The notes under the pieces are model-generated. The model had not been told where the DNA came from and searched no databases. It saw only the letters and a list, made by a program, of their open reading frames with translations. A DNA stretch of 63,789 bases, filler included, from Choristocarpus tenellus KU-1152 (Eukaryota > Protista > Phaeophyceae), in assembly GCA_964200185.2 (NCBI GenBank). It is 12 parts of 12 records of this genome, joined end to end, with 100 filler letters (N's around TTAATTAATTAA, not from the genome) between each part and the next. Parts side by side here need not be neighbours in the genome. Positions count along the whole stretch, not along the records: positions 35,379 to 42,275 come from CAXNAD020007119.1; positions 42,376 to 49,022 come from CAXNAD020007671.1; positions 49,123 to 53,455 come from CAXNAD020015073.1; 9 more parts are not named here. One strand, given 5' to 3'. Position numbers and translations under genes: made by a program. This document shows, one piece after another, positions 38,701-51,551 of this stretch. Every line of letters begins with the position of its first letter. The first letter of the stretch is position 1.

Positions 38701-41610
38701 TTTTTAGTTATATAAGCGATGAGATAGGTTTCAACAATCACAGGCACCCACTAAAAAAACAAAAAACAAAAAGTCCTGTTTTGTTTTCCCTTCCAAAGTT
38801 TCCGAATTCTCGTCTCACTTCCTCATCTCACAATAAGAAAATATCTGTATCGACACGATCAAATAGCAAGTACTACCACACAACACAACAGATGCAAACA
38901 TGTTTTCATTACTATTCAGTAAGCAAATGTAGTAGATACTAATACACAAAATGTGTTTACCTAGATCATACACACACACACACACAATGAAATGTCTGAT
39001 GATATAAGGTCTCTTCCAAATGGGTAGCTAAGATGTATACCATTTTAGTGAAGCTGATAGCATTCTGACATGCATTCAAAACCACAACAAAATATTACAT
39101 CAGCACATGAGAACACCTTCTACAATAGGAGGGAAACAATCGCCACATCTAGCGCTCAGTCACGAGACTAAAAGTGTGGACAGTGCAAACATGTTGAACC
39201 AAGTAAAAGGTTGTAATGTACACAACACAGCAAAACATGAGCAGTATAATAGTTTGGCCGACAGAAAGCTCAGCAAAATTTGTCACTCACACCCCCAGCC
39301 CCAAGCGGCTACTTTTTACCTGAATGCTCCAAAACATCTAATTAGCAGTTGGAAAAATAAGCCTTCTCTTGTCCCCTGACTGCCAAAATTACTCCCTTAA
39401 ACACTACACAGTGCATCTTCAATCTGAAGACACTTGACCAAAAAAAATCTCATCGTTGGAATTGTCTTGATGTTGATTCAGCAAAGTAGCCCCATGCACA
39501 CCGAAGCCCCCATCCCATACAACCATGTCTTCAAGACAGTGACACCAGCGATATATATGGGGAAATTTCCGTCAAATCAAATCCTCCTTGCCTTGGTAAA
39601 AAAAAATTGATAGCACAATGCCTTTTTATCCAATTGCTAAAATAGAGTCGTTGTTTCGTTGGCGGTACATTATGAAGAAGGAAGAGATATTGACACCACG
39701 TGACCAAAGAAATATAATGGTGTTACACACTGCAACACTAATGATATGTTGATCTCTGACTCCTTAACAAGAATCAGGAAATTTTTGCATTTAGTTAGCG
39801 CCTAGTTCAACAAAATACCAAATTAAAAACACTGTTTATACCTTAGAACATGAACGGTAGAGATTTATCAGTGCAAATTTTTCCAAAAATGCTCGAGTTC
39901 ACCATGAGATAAGTGTATAGTGAAGGGAGCATGGGTGGAGGTAAGGGTGATAATGTAGGCAATGTGAAAAAAAGCAGAAAATGCTCTTCCCTACACTTGA
40001 AGCATATCCCCAAAAAGGGGGCAGTTGTTCCAAATTATATCCTTGTAAAAAAACACTTGGCAAGTGTCCACTGTCTCTTCAACGCTGGCATGAAAGGGGT
40101 GCCCATTGAACATGATGGAATTGAATTTACTTTCAACATTTTGAGGCTTCCTACAGCATTAGGTGGGGGATGCATACTTTGTGGGTTTCTAGTGTTCTGT
40201 ATGTGTTTTCTTCCAAACTAATGTCCTTCAGTTGACTCCATTGCAGAGAAATATCGCCCTCTCTATATTTCCATACACTTTTGTGCCGACGCGTGGGTAT
40301 TGATCCTTATGTCAGCCATACCCCTTGCCTATACCTAGGTGGCAAGAGGGTGCTCTGGTTCACTAGGGAGTGGGGTATTGGACTGTTCCTAATGGAAACC
40401 CACAATTGATGTCTACTCAGTTGATGGACCAACCCACCACAAGACTTAACACCCTTCCAGGTTCAATGCCCCCAAAAAAGTGTAAGAGGGTCTTAACACA
40501 AAATGTGAAAAGATATCCTATCCTAGGGGGTATTTTCCCGCAAACCTGCAGAGACTGACAACCACATGCTGCACAGAATGGAGTAAGGCTCATTGGAGAG
40601 AGCAGGTTGGGGGTGAAACATAAATGTGAGCACAAACCCGCGGATGTTTTTCTTGCGCATGGTCTTCTTGCCAGCTGCCCCGTAGAGAAACATATGCAGG
40701 GCCTTTGCCAGGTCATGATCAGCACCAAGCTTCTCAAGCATATCTTTGACTGCAATTCATTATGACCCCCAAAAAAAGTTGAGAAGTAGCAACATGTGGT
40801 TAAGATGGTCTGACAGAAAACACTGGGTATTACTCTATCTATATAGTATGTTGCTAGGGAAGGCACAAAGAGCCACTCTCTCCCCTTTTCACGTTGATCT
40901 AAGATCAAGAAACATAGCGCAGCGATGTTACTTTCTTCATCAGATAAAAAGATCCAACGGAACACTACTCACTTGGGAATTACCTTGTAACATAATATTG
41001 AGCCAAACATGGGAAAACAATATCGAGCAAAAGAAGAATGAAAGGCATCTATTCCACCTAGCGATGTGGATAAAGGTGGAGTGTGGGCCATCAAGGATGG
41101 GTCAGGGTGTGGTGAACTCACCTCCGGGGATGCCGCCAAGGGCCTGACCAGAACCCTGGACATGGAGAACAGACAGAGAATTACCAAGGTGTAGGAACAG
41201 GTTCCTAGGGTTCAGAGGCTGCCTAGGTCATGAGTTTTACGGTCGCATGAACCCTAATCTTTTTTTTTTGGTCAATGAATCCAACGAATCTAACCTCGAT
41301 ACCGAAGGCGGTTGGGAGTGAGGCGAGTAGCAGGACCCAAGCAAACAACGCAACAACGATAGCAATGATTTGGACTCCATCCCCATCTAAACGAAGTAAT
41401 ATTTTCAGTCTAAGATTCCACCATAAAAGCATGACAGGATTCAAAACAGCAAAATCCGACGAGATAGTTGTTTAAGTGTCCATCCTGTCCCCTCGCAAAG
41501 TCCCCAAATCCATTTAGACCCACCGGCAGGATGACTAGTTTGTTAGAGTTCTCCGTTTTTGCGGCATCCTCGTAATTGAATCGTTCCACTACCTTACGGT
41601 CACGACTCAT
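35740..41610 (-). CDS. DEK: DEK-like chromatin protein (DEK core/SAP) with HMG box; exons 41524-41610, [one or more unresolved], 40638-40749, 37900-38035, 37636-37716, 36550-36706, 35740-35810; 3' end not found
   Basis: MSRDRKVVERF..; KDMLEKLGADHDLAKALHMFLYGAAGKKTMRKKNIRG|FSGF..KKWTTAALRDLCQLLCLEKGGEK|SVLVERVVDFLLSP (DEK/SAP); then KADKPKKPLSAYMMFCKITRPKIISDEP|DIPFPEVGKKMGAMWGSLSDSEKE (HMG box). Resolved introns are GT-AG with consistent phases. Confidence 0.88.
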
Positions 41611-42375
41611 TACTAATGAAGAATAAAGTGAACGGAATTTAAGACTGGGGAGTTCGGGCACGACTTTATAGGCAGGATTTGTGACGAAGTTAGGGTAGTC
41701 TTCTCCCCAACGAAACACATTAACTGGTAAGGGATTTGTTTCTAATTTTCAAAAAAATTTCCTCCTCCCCAATCTAAAACATGAAAAATCGGTGAAGGCG
41801 GCCATGACGATGGACTCAAATATATTTTGGTGGAGTGATTTGATATTTGATACGATAGAAATTGGTCAGCAAAGCATACATCATATTTGATATATCATAT
41901 CAATAATCATATAAATGATATGATATGATATTTTTTTCAAAAAAGATGGGATACGTGGACAGATTTTTTTATCCTTCAAACTTTTGACCTTTCTTCTGTT
42001 GTTGGGATTCTTTTGTACCTAAAGTTTGAAATTAAGAGTAAGATCCGAGGTTGTTTGGTGTGGGTGTACCTGAACGTATGTATGTAGGTTTTTTCTGACC
42101 TCTTCTGACTGGAGACCCTTTATGTGGAGTTGGAGTAGAGTGGTACATGGATGGTGGGTGTTGTTTTCTCTTTAACTTATGTTTGCCTTATTATTGTGTC
42201 ACCCCAGACACTGCACTACTAACAGGGGATCCTCAAAATTGAGGAAGGCGCGGGACTATGAGGATGGTTGTTTTGNNNNNNNNNNNNNNNNNNNNNNNNN
42301 NNNNNNNNNNNNNNNNNNNTTAATTAATTAANNNNNNNNNNNNNNNNNNNNNNNNNNNNNNNNNNNNNNNNNNNN

Positions 42376-42482
42376 CTCGTAAACATTTTGGAGTGGGAAA
42401 ATGTACTAATATATCCCATGGGAAGCCAAGCCCCAAATGGACAAAAAGGGAAAAACTCGTACCCTCTAAGATACTCTCACTC
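42376..42482 (-). mobile_element. Partial hairpin-MITE copy at contig start
   Basis: GGGAAGCCAAGCCCCAAATGGAC...CTCGTACCCTCTAAGATACTCTCACTC. Confidence 0.85.
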
Positions 42483-43899
42483 GGCCCGAACAACTGGGTG
42501 TGGCATCTAACAGTGTACTCCAAGTATCTTTATGTATGTCGTATTTTGGGGCTTGGAATAATGGGTAGAAAGTGTACTTGCGGGATGATTGCTTGTCGGG
42601 GAGAGGTCCTAAACACATTGAATGGGTTGTTGGCCGGTGTCATGGTATGGATGCCAAGTAGGAGTTCTTGAGGTGACCGGATTGTGTGCAGAGCACTGTA
42701 AAATGAAATTACAATCTTGCTTTTTACAACTTTTGGATTTGGACCACTTGAACGTAGAAACTAGAGCACTTCTACCGCTGTCCAATTGTGCTTGGTGTAC
42801 ATTCCTGGATTCCAGTTCTACCTTTATCAGTATTCAGTCTAAGTACTTGAAACAATTGTGCATAATTTTCACTGATAATAGGAGAAATATCGACATTTGG
42901 TGGTAATAGCCTTTGATTTGTAGTATGTGGTATGTGGTCTGATGTGAAGTCCTGCTGGCAATGCGAAAAGAGATGGAAACCCAGCTTGAGAAAGAAAGTC
43001 AGACCAGGACCCACCTAAGAGTAGGTCCCACAGTGTAGACTCTATTGATCCTTGTTCAATTACATTGTGGACTCAACCTTAAGCCTTTCACAACCAAGCA
43101 TCGAGTGAGCCAGCAAGGAAAAACCTTGAGCAGAGGCACCAAAAAAGGGCTGGTGTCATTCGTATCAGGTGATGTGGGTCAGTCATGATGCTGAAACCTC
43201 TGTCCAATAGACTACCCCCAAACTGACCCTCTCACCAAACAATCGACTTTCCTCAATCCTCCAATCAGATTCATCCAGACTAAAATATAACTGAAAGTGG
43301 TATTTTTGTCCCATATCAGTTCCATCACACTCGCCCACCTCAGCGGTGACTGTACCTCTGAAACCTAAACAAAAGGACCCAAAACCGAAAAAAAAGGAAG
43401 TAAGCTGCGAAGCTAGGATATCCTCAACAAAACGCCACCAAACGAAATGAAATATTTTCTGGGATCTCACTCACAAATACACTAGCCTAATGTTGACAAT
43501 CCTATAGTATGAGGAGTACTATCTCTTTCGCCTGTTCCACTATATACATCAAGTTCCTCTCACAGCCCTGACCTCAGTATTCACAATAGGCGTGGAAGGG
43601 GCTAAACTCAAAAACTGAATTCTTGGGAGATTGTAGGAAGCAACATAATATATGGCTATGACAACGCTTCATGTGAAAGTTGCTTTATCTCTCCCAACAA
43701 CCCACCCTCTCCTTCCAACTTCTACCAGGCTGCCACTCAAGCACTTAGCTATCAACATAACACGGTCCCAGATACATCTAAACCTCCAGCTAAATGCACC
43801 TCACACGTTGCACCAATGGTGCCACAATTATTCCCAACTAATCCAAGCCTTGACAGTTGCACTAGTCGTATGGACTCTTGAGGGCCTTCTAGCTCAATA

Positions 43900-46560
43900 T
43901 CCACCATAGTCGACGAGAACGAAGAGGCGCTCCCCGCAAATCGATGTAACATAATATTTGCACCCCCCAACGTAGAGATTTGGGTGACTGAACTTCCTCT
44001 GGATGCTCATAAGGCTTACATCAAACACAGGAATAAACTCAACATCACCTCCGCCCTAGTACAAGGCAAGTCCAGGAATAACAAATTTTGTTCTACAGCA
44101 TCGTTTCCTGTGGTACATGGTCCCACCCCCGAAACCTGAATAGTCCTGCCCAACATGCTTCCACTTTATACTTCAACTTTTGCCTGCGTTGCCGTTCTTC
44201 TCCTGCCCCTACTTCTCCCATGGTAGACAGAGGGTTGTACACCCACACAAAATTCGCCATCTTCCACTTCGGACCGGTCAGACCCATCGATAGACCTGCA
44301 TTCTGCAACTGTTACTTCTCCTGTGCTGCATCCCTTTCTCTCTCAATCTCATCATATACTAAACGCTATCGTTTCTGTACCTCCAACCAGAAATCTTTCT
44401 GATCTGCCTCAAGACCTTGGTGCTCTACAACATAATGCAGGTTTAAAACTGTCAAATGATCTCGAACAACCCTCCCCATTTATACTACATTTTGGTGCTA
44501 TTCCAGTCAAAGTATGCGTATGGTTGTTGTACGCTTCAGCTACATGCATCCCAGTCCTTCTGATCTTCACTAGTGACAAAAGCCAAAGCCTGATCTAATA
44601 TAGGATTGGGTCGTTCCACTGTGACGTCCGTCCTAGAGTGGTGGACACTCATGAACTTCCTATCGCTCATTAATTTGTATTCCTCTTGAACTACTGCTAT
44701 TGCGAAGTGAGTACTCCTATCCGACAACAAAGTATGTGGATGGCCCCATATCAGCATATACTGTTCCAACATTACTCTAGCACATCCCATAGCCGAAACA
44801 TCTCCTGAGACAAGCAAACAAAGCACAGTGCCTACTAAACAATTTCACAAAATTGAAGATGTTTAAATTCCCACTATGAGTCTCTGATAATGGACCCATT
44901 ATGTCAAACGCTGTGACCTGGCCTGGACCACTAGGTAGCAGCAAAGATATCAGAGGTCATTGAGCTGTCTGTCTTCTCGTCTGATAAGCTTGGTGTTGGC
45001 AACAGCTCTTATACCAACAACGAATACTCTCCTCGATCTCTCCTACCGACCAAAGCCTCCTAACTCTAAAATACAAAATATATCTGACGACTATGACAAC
45101 ACTCTATCATAAAGGTCTTGACAGAAACGAAAGACAAATACTAGTAGGTTCATCACACAACAGATACTCATACTACCAGCCAAGATACTCAACACGCCCA
45201 AAAAGTGCCTCGTCTCCTCTAGAACTTACTCTGCTCTCTTTAAAACCTTTCTATCCCCTTCCCCTATCAAATTCCTAATTGTCCTACTCAGGGGATCCAA
45301 TATTTGCATTCGTGTCCATCCACTGCTTCTACGAAATCCTCCTCCCCCAGAACTCCAACAAAGCTAATTCAAACTCTGCCTGATCATACAAAAATCGATA
45401 TATTTAATGGGGTGAGGTCATAACCCCTAAAAAAAAGATACCCCAAATTCACCACTTCGCCCACCCCTACATTATCACTCGAATACTGGAATATCAATAC
45501 AGGGTAGACATCCACGTCTGCATCGTCTGATCCCAATAGGAACTTCAGAACATTCTGTTTGTGCATTTTATGTATGACATCGCATACCAGATGTACGGAT
45601 TGATTTGTGTTCAGTGATTAGTGTTCTGCTCTAGGTTCAAGGAGTAAGTGTCTCCACTTCCGGCGTCATCCTCCACAAGTAACCACCAGACATGCAAGGG
45701 GTATCCTCCTTCCGTAAATGCAACTCCAGCCTGTCGATAGAGTTACTGAGATGAAATGCCTTCCTACCATCGACTCCCCCCAAAAACTGCGAAGGGAATT
45801 GATCTAAGGCATCCCACCCCAAAAACAAATCCATTTTCATGGCACAATGAGGAACTATTGTGGACAGAATTCAGAAAATTTCCTGTGCGCATTTGAAAAA
45901 ATAAACGATTCAGTACACATTTGTCGGCATCCTTAAAATGCAACCCTGGGTACCTCTCGCTTACTACATTGACTCTCACGGGTCAAGGACACAGCAAACT
46001 ATTGGGTCATACACTATAGAAGGCATTGTTGAACATGAGCGAGAAGTGGGAAGAAAGACTACTCACAATTAAATGTACCGACTTCGCCTTCAAGGGTATT
46101 CATGGGTCAGTGATGTATAGCGTAAACCATGCTGAAATACCTGAATATGCAGAAATGGTCGCAGTCTATAGGGGAGAGAACAACTTGGACCTCCTGCGTA
46201 AGAGCCACTAACCGAGCGACTTGTCAACAACGAGAGACTCCTGCCCTTAAACTAGCGAAATAACTTGATTTAACGCCAACCGAACGTCCACCTACAAGCA
46301 ACTTTGCCTATTCTGATAACTGTGATAGCCCTCCTTGTGGGCTGGAAAGTGCGACAGATTCATCTATTCTGCTGGATTGTCGGTCTGGTGAGTTGCCATC
46401 AGAGTCCACGGATAGAGAAGATATTTCTTTTTCATTTCCAAGATGGTGGGAGCGACGCCGAAAAATCCTTAAAGCCATACCATGGCTCAGTTTGGGTGGC
46501 ATCTTGAGCATTTCTATCAGGCGACTCAAGCTCGTGGGGTAGAATCATAGCTCTTACCCG
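43900..46560 (-). mobile_element. Degenerate Ty3/Gypsy pol (RT/RNase H remnants, integrase)
   Basis: Integrase 'WGHPHTLLSDRSTHF...HSRTDVTVERPN..L.Q.L...V...QKDWD' and GPY/F-like 'KLKYKVEACWAGLFRF'. Many stops; boundaries approximate. Confidence 0.8.
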
Positions 46561-46871
46561 GAGTTACAAACATAAGTTGGTCCCTATCTGTGAGAAGCAT
46601 GCATGTTTTTCAGAACATTCAACAAATAATGACAAATGCGCATACAACAAATACTCCGAGTATATTTGAGTCCAACTTTACTGGTTGTCCAAGCACCTTG
46701 GTGGCAAGTGTTGTACCAGAGGTGACCTTAAGAGACATGATGAGTTTCCAATCACTCTTGATACTCTTCACAACACTTTTCAATAGACGACTTGATGCCC
46801 CAAAGCTTCGGTGATACTGAGCTTCATTCACGCAGATCTCCGGGGGCGTGTACGAAACAGGATGGTCTACC

Positions 46872-46972
46872 GAGTGAATGTATCTTAGAGGGTACGAGTT
46901 TCTCCCTGTTCGTCCATTTGGGGCTTGGCTTCCCACGTTTTTTTTTTTTACATTTTACCTACTCCAAAATGC
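46872..46972 (+). mobile_element. Partial hairpin-MITE copy
   Basis: GAGTGAATGTATCTTAGAGGGTACGAG...CCATTTGGGGCTTGGCTTCCCA...ACATTTTACCTACTCCAAAATG. Confidence 0.85.
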
Positions 46973-47877
46973 TTTTCATTTGTTAACGCAGATTTCCTAC
47001 CTTGGACTAGATTGCGACTTAGGACTGATGATACCTGATGCTGCACCTCTTACTTTTTCCCTTCTTTTTCCCCCCTGAATCGATTCAATCAGGATGAATT
47101 TTTGTTAACCCAAAGAAGGATCTGTACACGAATGCGGTAATGTGCGCAGTCATATCCAATGGCGCGCGCCAACTTTTGCCATTGAGGCCAGTTCAGGTGA
47201 TGTGGTGTGGGTCAGACGCATGACTGACTCGCAGTAATCCCAACATGAACGATGTATTCAAACCAGCAAACTCCGACCTTGTATTTTCTGTTCTGACCTG
47301 CCACCACCAAACACAGGGGAGTAATCATTGTGCCACTCCGAGGCTGCCAAAATATGCCCGGCATGCCTCAGTTTCACCTCTCATTTCCTTCGTGGACCTC
47401 ATCTCTGGTGGTTCCCATCACCTCCAATCACGCATAACCAGACCCCATGACAGAAGCATTAGTATTAATTAGTACTCTAATAATAATGTATTATAACAAC
47501 GCACAGCATTTTTGTGCAAGGTTTCGGTTTTGTTGTGGGCGTAGGATAACGTAAGGAGAGCACTGTTGCTGTATGTGCGGAATTTGTTGTGCCGTTAGGT
47601 GGGGTAGTAATTTGTAGTTTGGGGTAGCATTTGGTAGGGTGGAGGATGATGAGAAAATTTAGCACCATGCGCAGGGAACATCCTGATTGCCCCCCTCATC
47701 ATGCATCGTGTGGCCAGTCAATGGGTGGCTTGTAATTCCCTCTTGTACTAGTAGAATAGGTGCCTTGTTGTGGACTAGTGTGTGCCTTTTTTGCTTAAAG
47801 GAGGGAGATGAAGAACCTTGACGATGAGCAGACTGGGAGGAAAGGTGGGTGGGCAAAGAACAGTATGGGAGAACCTT

Positions 47878-47962
47878 ACCAATTGAGAGGTAGGCAGGTT
47901 TGGACCCTTTTGTATCCTAGGCCATATTTTGAATCCTGTGCAATGCACTCTATTTGGTTGTT
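47878..47962 (+). repeat. ~85-bp dispersed repeat (copies ~55690-55765 and 56012-56095)
   Basis: CAATTGAGAGGTRGGCAGGTTTGGACCCTTTTG...CTGTGCAAT.CACTCTATTT is shared. Confidence 0.85.
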
Positions 47963-48409
47963 TCATATTTCATTCTCATGTTCTGATCCATTTCTTCCTA
48001 CCTTATGCTTCCACCTACCACCCATTTCTTTTAACTTCTCTCCTACCTCTTCTGCCTTTTAGGTACCCAATACTCTTCACTCTTCGTCCACCCCATTATT
48101 CTTCTTTTACGCTAATCAGCACTCCATTCCCCGTTCATCATTCCTTCCAGAATTCTTCCGTCCACAAACTCAGCTTACTTCATAAAATTTCCCATTGTTG
48201 TGTTCTAAACATAAGAAATGTGATGAAATCTAATCCGAAAAAAATTCCATGTCAAAAATCAAAAATAGTTGAACAAAAAACCATTCAAAACCATAAGGAA
48301 GGGCCCTGGGATCATCAATCTACACCCTCCTCTACAGGAGTCCCTCGTAAGACTTGTCAGAAATGATTGGCCAAGGCTGTGTAACCTGGGGGGGAACAAC
48401 ATTCCCGAC

Positions 48410-48961
48410 AGCAGCCCCAGAGGACCACACTCTGGCAGCCCACGACGCCAGGATTAGAAGGAGGCACAACACGAGATCACCCGCTTCCTAAACAGGATCT
48501 GTTTTGACTCTTTCCAACTCAATTTGCCGCCTTGCCTCACGACGCAGAACAAGGGAAGGAAAGCTCCCCACTAGCCCTGGCATGCCACTGGGAGCCAATG
48601 TGTACAAGGGGCAAATGCATGGGCCTCAACACAACCCGTGGAGCCGGCATGCCAGATCCCCCCTGTCGAGTTTAAACTCACCGCCAGCAGATGCCTAGGG
48701 GGAGAGGAGGCCCTACCGAACAGTTGCCCGGTGACTGGTTGCAGGAGGCAAAATGTGGACACCAGACATGCACGCACCTGCCCTAGGGCAGGAGGACAGG
48801 TTCACCAATACACACCCATGGTGAAGCATCTGGGTCAACTTTACAAAGGAATGAGTATCCCTTATACCATGGAGGATAGCAGCCCATTTACAGTGGGCAG
48901 GAATTTCCGCGTGGATCTGGTCTTCCATGAAGGGGCAATAGCGGACGCCGGATCAGTCCCC
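48410..48961 (+). mobile_element. CRE/R2-like non-LTR retrotransposon 3' fragment interrupted by a Copia LTR
   Basis: 'CPVTGCRRQNVDTRHARTCPRAGG....NFRVDLVF' is homologous to 25205-25965. Homology stops at 48961. Confidence 0.82.
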
Positions 48962-49022
48962 TGTTCGATTAGACTCTTCCAACTCTATCGGACAGTTACG
49001 GTAAATTATTTATGGAGTAATG
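48962..49022 (+). mobile_element. Copia LTR 5' end (cut by contig edge)
   Basis: TGTTCGATTAGACTCTTCCAACTCTATCGGACAGTTA is identical to 51552 onward. Confidence 0.85.
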
Positions 49023-49122
49023 NNNNNNNNNNNNNNNNNNNNNNNNNNNNNNNNNNNNNNNNNNNNTTAATTAATTAANNNNNNNNNNNNNNNNNNNNNN
49101 NNNNNNNNNNNNNNNNNNNNNN

Positions 49123-49265
49123 GAAACAATATGAGGAGTATGATGAAACCACACTTGAGAGGGCTTGGCAACTCCTTTTTGTGGTGTACAATCAAGTACT
49201 TAGATACAAAGGGGGGAATGAGTTCAGTGCGGAGAACACAGGGGTAAGGCAGAGGCAGTTAGTTG
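49123..49265 (+). mobile_element. DD39D mariner transposase C-terminal remnant
   Basis: 'EEYDETTLERAWQLLFVVYNQVLRYKGGNEF' resembles the C-terminus of plant-type mariner transposases (G.N.Y/F). Confidence 0.6.
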
Positions 49266-50687
49266 TCCGGTGAGCTTGAAAACACGCCGAAGGTAAACAT
49301 GGATAAATTTCCTGTGGCTGATAAAGTTGGGATGGATGGGGAGTAATAATAATAAAAAGAGCTACCCTAACCAGATATTCGTCAAGGATTGCAAATCTTC
49401 TTTCAGAAATGAATTTCATCAACATCTTCAAAGGTTATGGACAACGAGGAACAGACTTATGGCACGGAGGTAGTATGACAGTAGTGATAGTAGGGACAGA
49501 GATTGGATGAGTGCAACCAACTATACTTTCTCCGTTCTCTCCTGGGAATTATTCACGTGATAAACCCTCTGTTCTGGACGAGGCTTAGTTCTTATATAGA
49601 ATTTGGAGGTATGCAAACTTTGAGATGGTACGATATGCTGTCATGACTGTGGAGGATCGCCAGTGCAAAGTCGACCAAGTCGCATTTGACAGGGTTAAAA
49701 AACTCATGAAACTGTCAAAGTGGGTGTTTATTGGGATGCCTAGGGTGAAGGTTCCCCGTCGTTTGAGCAGCTCACTCATCCCATTGTCGTCCATCAATCC
49801 CAATGCTTCAGCACAGAAGCCTGTTCAGGGTCCAGACTCAAACGCCTCAACTGAGAACTGTGTGGCAGTGCGATGCCTGGAGGCGAGAGGGCACAAGGCT
49901 CGGATGCCTCAGGGGATGACGGCAGCCATTGTGGAGGACTTTAGAACTTCTGAAGGAGTATGACAGCTAGATGGCACGGGGTGAATACATGGACCTTGAA
50001 CGACGTCCGAAGGGGCAATACGGCTGCTGTACGAGTATCCTCAATGTTTGGGATGCCCCATCAGTACATCACACACATCCTTCAAATGGGCAGCCAGAGC
50101 TGGGGTCTCCCTTGCCTTGTTGTGGAATACGTGTGTTAAAACCTGAATCGAATGCATCGTACTTGTGAGCAAAATGCGTAGACTACGAGCAATGAGAAAT
50201 CATAATGCGGCAAAGCACCAATGAATAAAATGCATAATCTGTGTTGTGAAGACATGTGATTGTGCTGCAAAGCACCGATGTATTTCTTCTGTTGCATATG
50301 AGGTCATTGACCGCTCAGTCAAGAATAATATGATATGAATTCAGGGTTCTTTCATGAGATACTCAACGAAACAAGTCCATACTCTGTGGAGAGGTTTCTA
50401 ACCTTGGCGGACAAGGGTTTTAGTGGATGGTTCAACACTGAATATATAACATCCAGGTGTGCATCAGGTACACTTATTGCAGAGTGAGCTCGGTGCATAA
50501 TGAGGGATCAATGATAATCAAGAAAGAAATAATCAACAATTAATGTACAACTGTCATCTTCTGCTGCTAAAAAGAAGAAAGAGGAAAAAAAAAGGGGGAA
50601 AAAACAGAACAAAAGAACAAGCTTGAATCAGTATGTGATGCAACTCAAGTGACGCATACTATTCGTCTGATTGGAATTTGGACCTAC

Positions 50688-50842
50688 TGTTCTGTACTGC
50701 GGTGTTGTGACGGTAATTAATGTGGTGATGACCAACTAGTGACAGTAACAGTCAGTGCGTAACGGACCAATCAACAGTCAGTATTGGCTGGTGGAACTGT
50801 ATCGTATCGAGAAAATACAAATGAGTAGCCTATGTTTTAAAT
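50688..50842 (+). repeat. ~155-bp dispersed repeat (copy at 58948-59102)
   Basis: CTGTTCTGTACT.CGGT...GCGTAAC.GACCAA..AACAGTCAGT...ATGAGT.GCCTATGTTTTAA is shared. Confidence 0.85.
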
Positions 50843-50844
50843 GT

Positions 50845-51452
50845 GCAAGCCCGAAGGTGAAGGTCAAGTGGTGGGTTAAGTCAGTCCTCTCAGACCAGCA
50901 GAAAGTGAACAGAGTTGATCTTGTCATCAGTCACACGCACTGAAGGGGGGGGAGTTGGGTATTACTGGATAATCTGTATGACTGGGTGCATGTGGGCAAG
51001 AAGACGTCTTAAATCCTCTAAGATGGGCAAGGTATGTACCTGCACCTCACTGAGGACCCCCCTAAATCCCCATGGGCACAGAGAAAGCGTTTTATTACGA
51101 AGGTGATATTCCATGCAGCCGTGGCCCGCCCTAGGCAGCTCGCCAACAGGGTGTGGTTCGAAGGGAAAATCGGGATCTGGGCAATTGTGGACACTAAGGT
51201 CGCTCATTGCTCCAGCAAACACCGACCCAAGGGCAACACGGTGCTTCTACCCGCCACGGTGGATGGGGAGAGGTATAAGAAGCTCATGATCGAGGATACC
51301 ATCCCACCAATCAAGGACTGTATGCCTAGGTCGGAAGGATACACCATCTTCATGCTGCAGGACGGGGCAAAGCCACACACCAAGGGGGGGATCATGGAGG
51401 CAATTCAAGGGGTGATGGGAGACAATATTGTCAAAGAGATCAAGCCCGCCAT
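50845..51452 (+). mobile_element. Tc1/mariner DD39D (plant-mariner-like) transposase fragment
   Basis: 'KRFITKVIFHAAVARPR..WFEGKIGIW....SKHRPKG....IPPIK..MP....LQDGAKPH' follows the DD39D consensus. Truncated before the third Asp. Confidence 0.88.
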
Positions 51453-51459
51453 CAAATCG

Positions 51460-51551
51460 GATCCTGGTCAGAAGGTGGGTGACAACATACTGTGCCCTTC
51501 TCGTGATCCTGGCATTATAAGCTGGCATAGGGTGAACCTCCAGGATGGGAA
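51460..51551 (-). mobile_element. Short CRE-like fragment
   Basis: Reverse complement GGAGGTTCACCCTATGCCAGCTTATAATGCCAGGATCACGAGAAGGGCACAG matches ~25218-25280 and ~48418-48480. Confidence 0.7.

Noticed and set aside
42376-46972. Composite transposon of two MITE halves around the Gypsy remnant
   Set aside because: The TIRs face the enclosed DNA with the element bodies outward, which fits two independent copies.
49625-49963. Gypsy RT based on 'RMPQG'
   Set aside because: A single short motif with no YxDD or other RT context.
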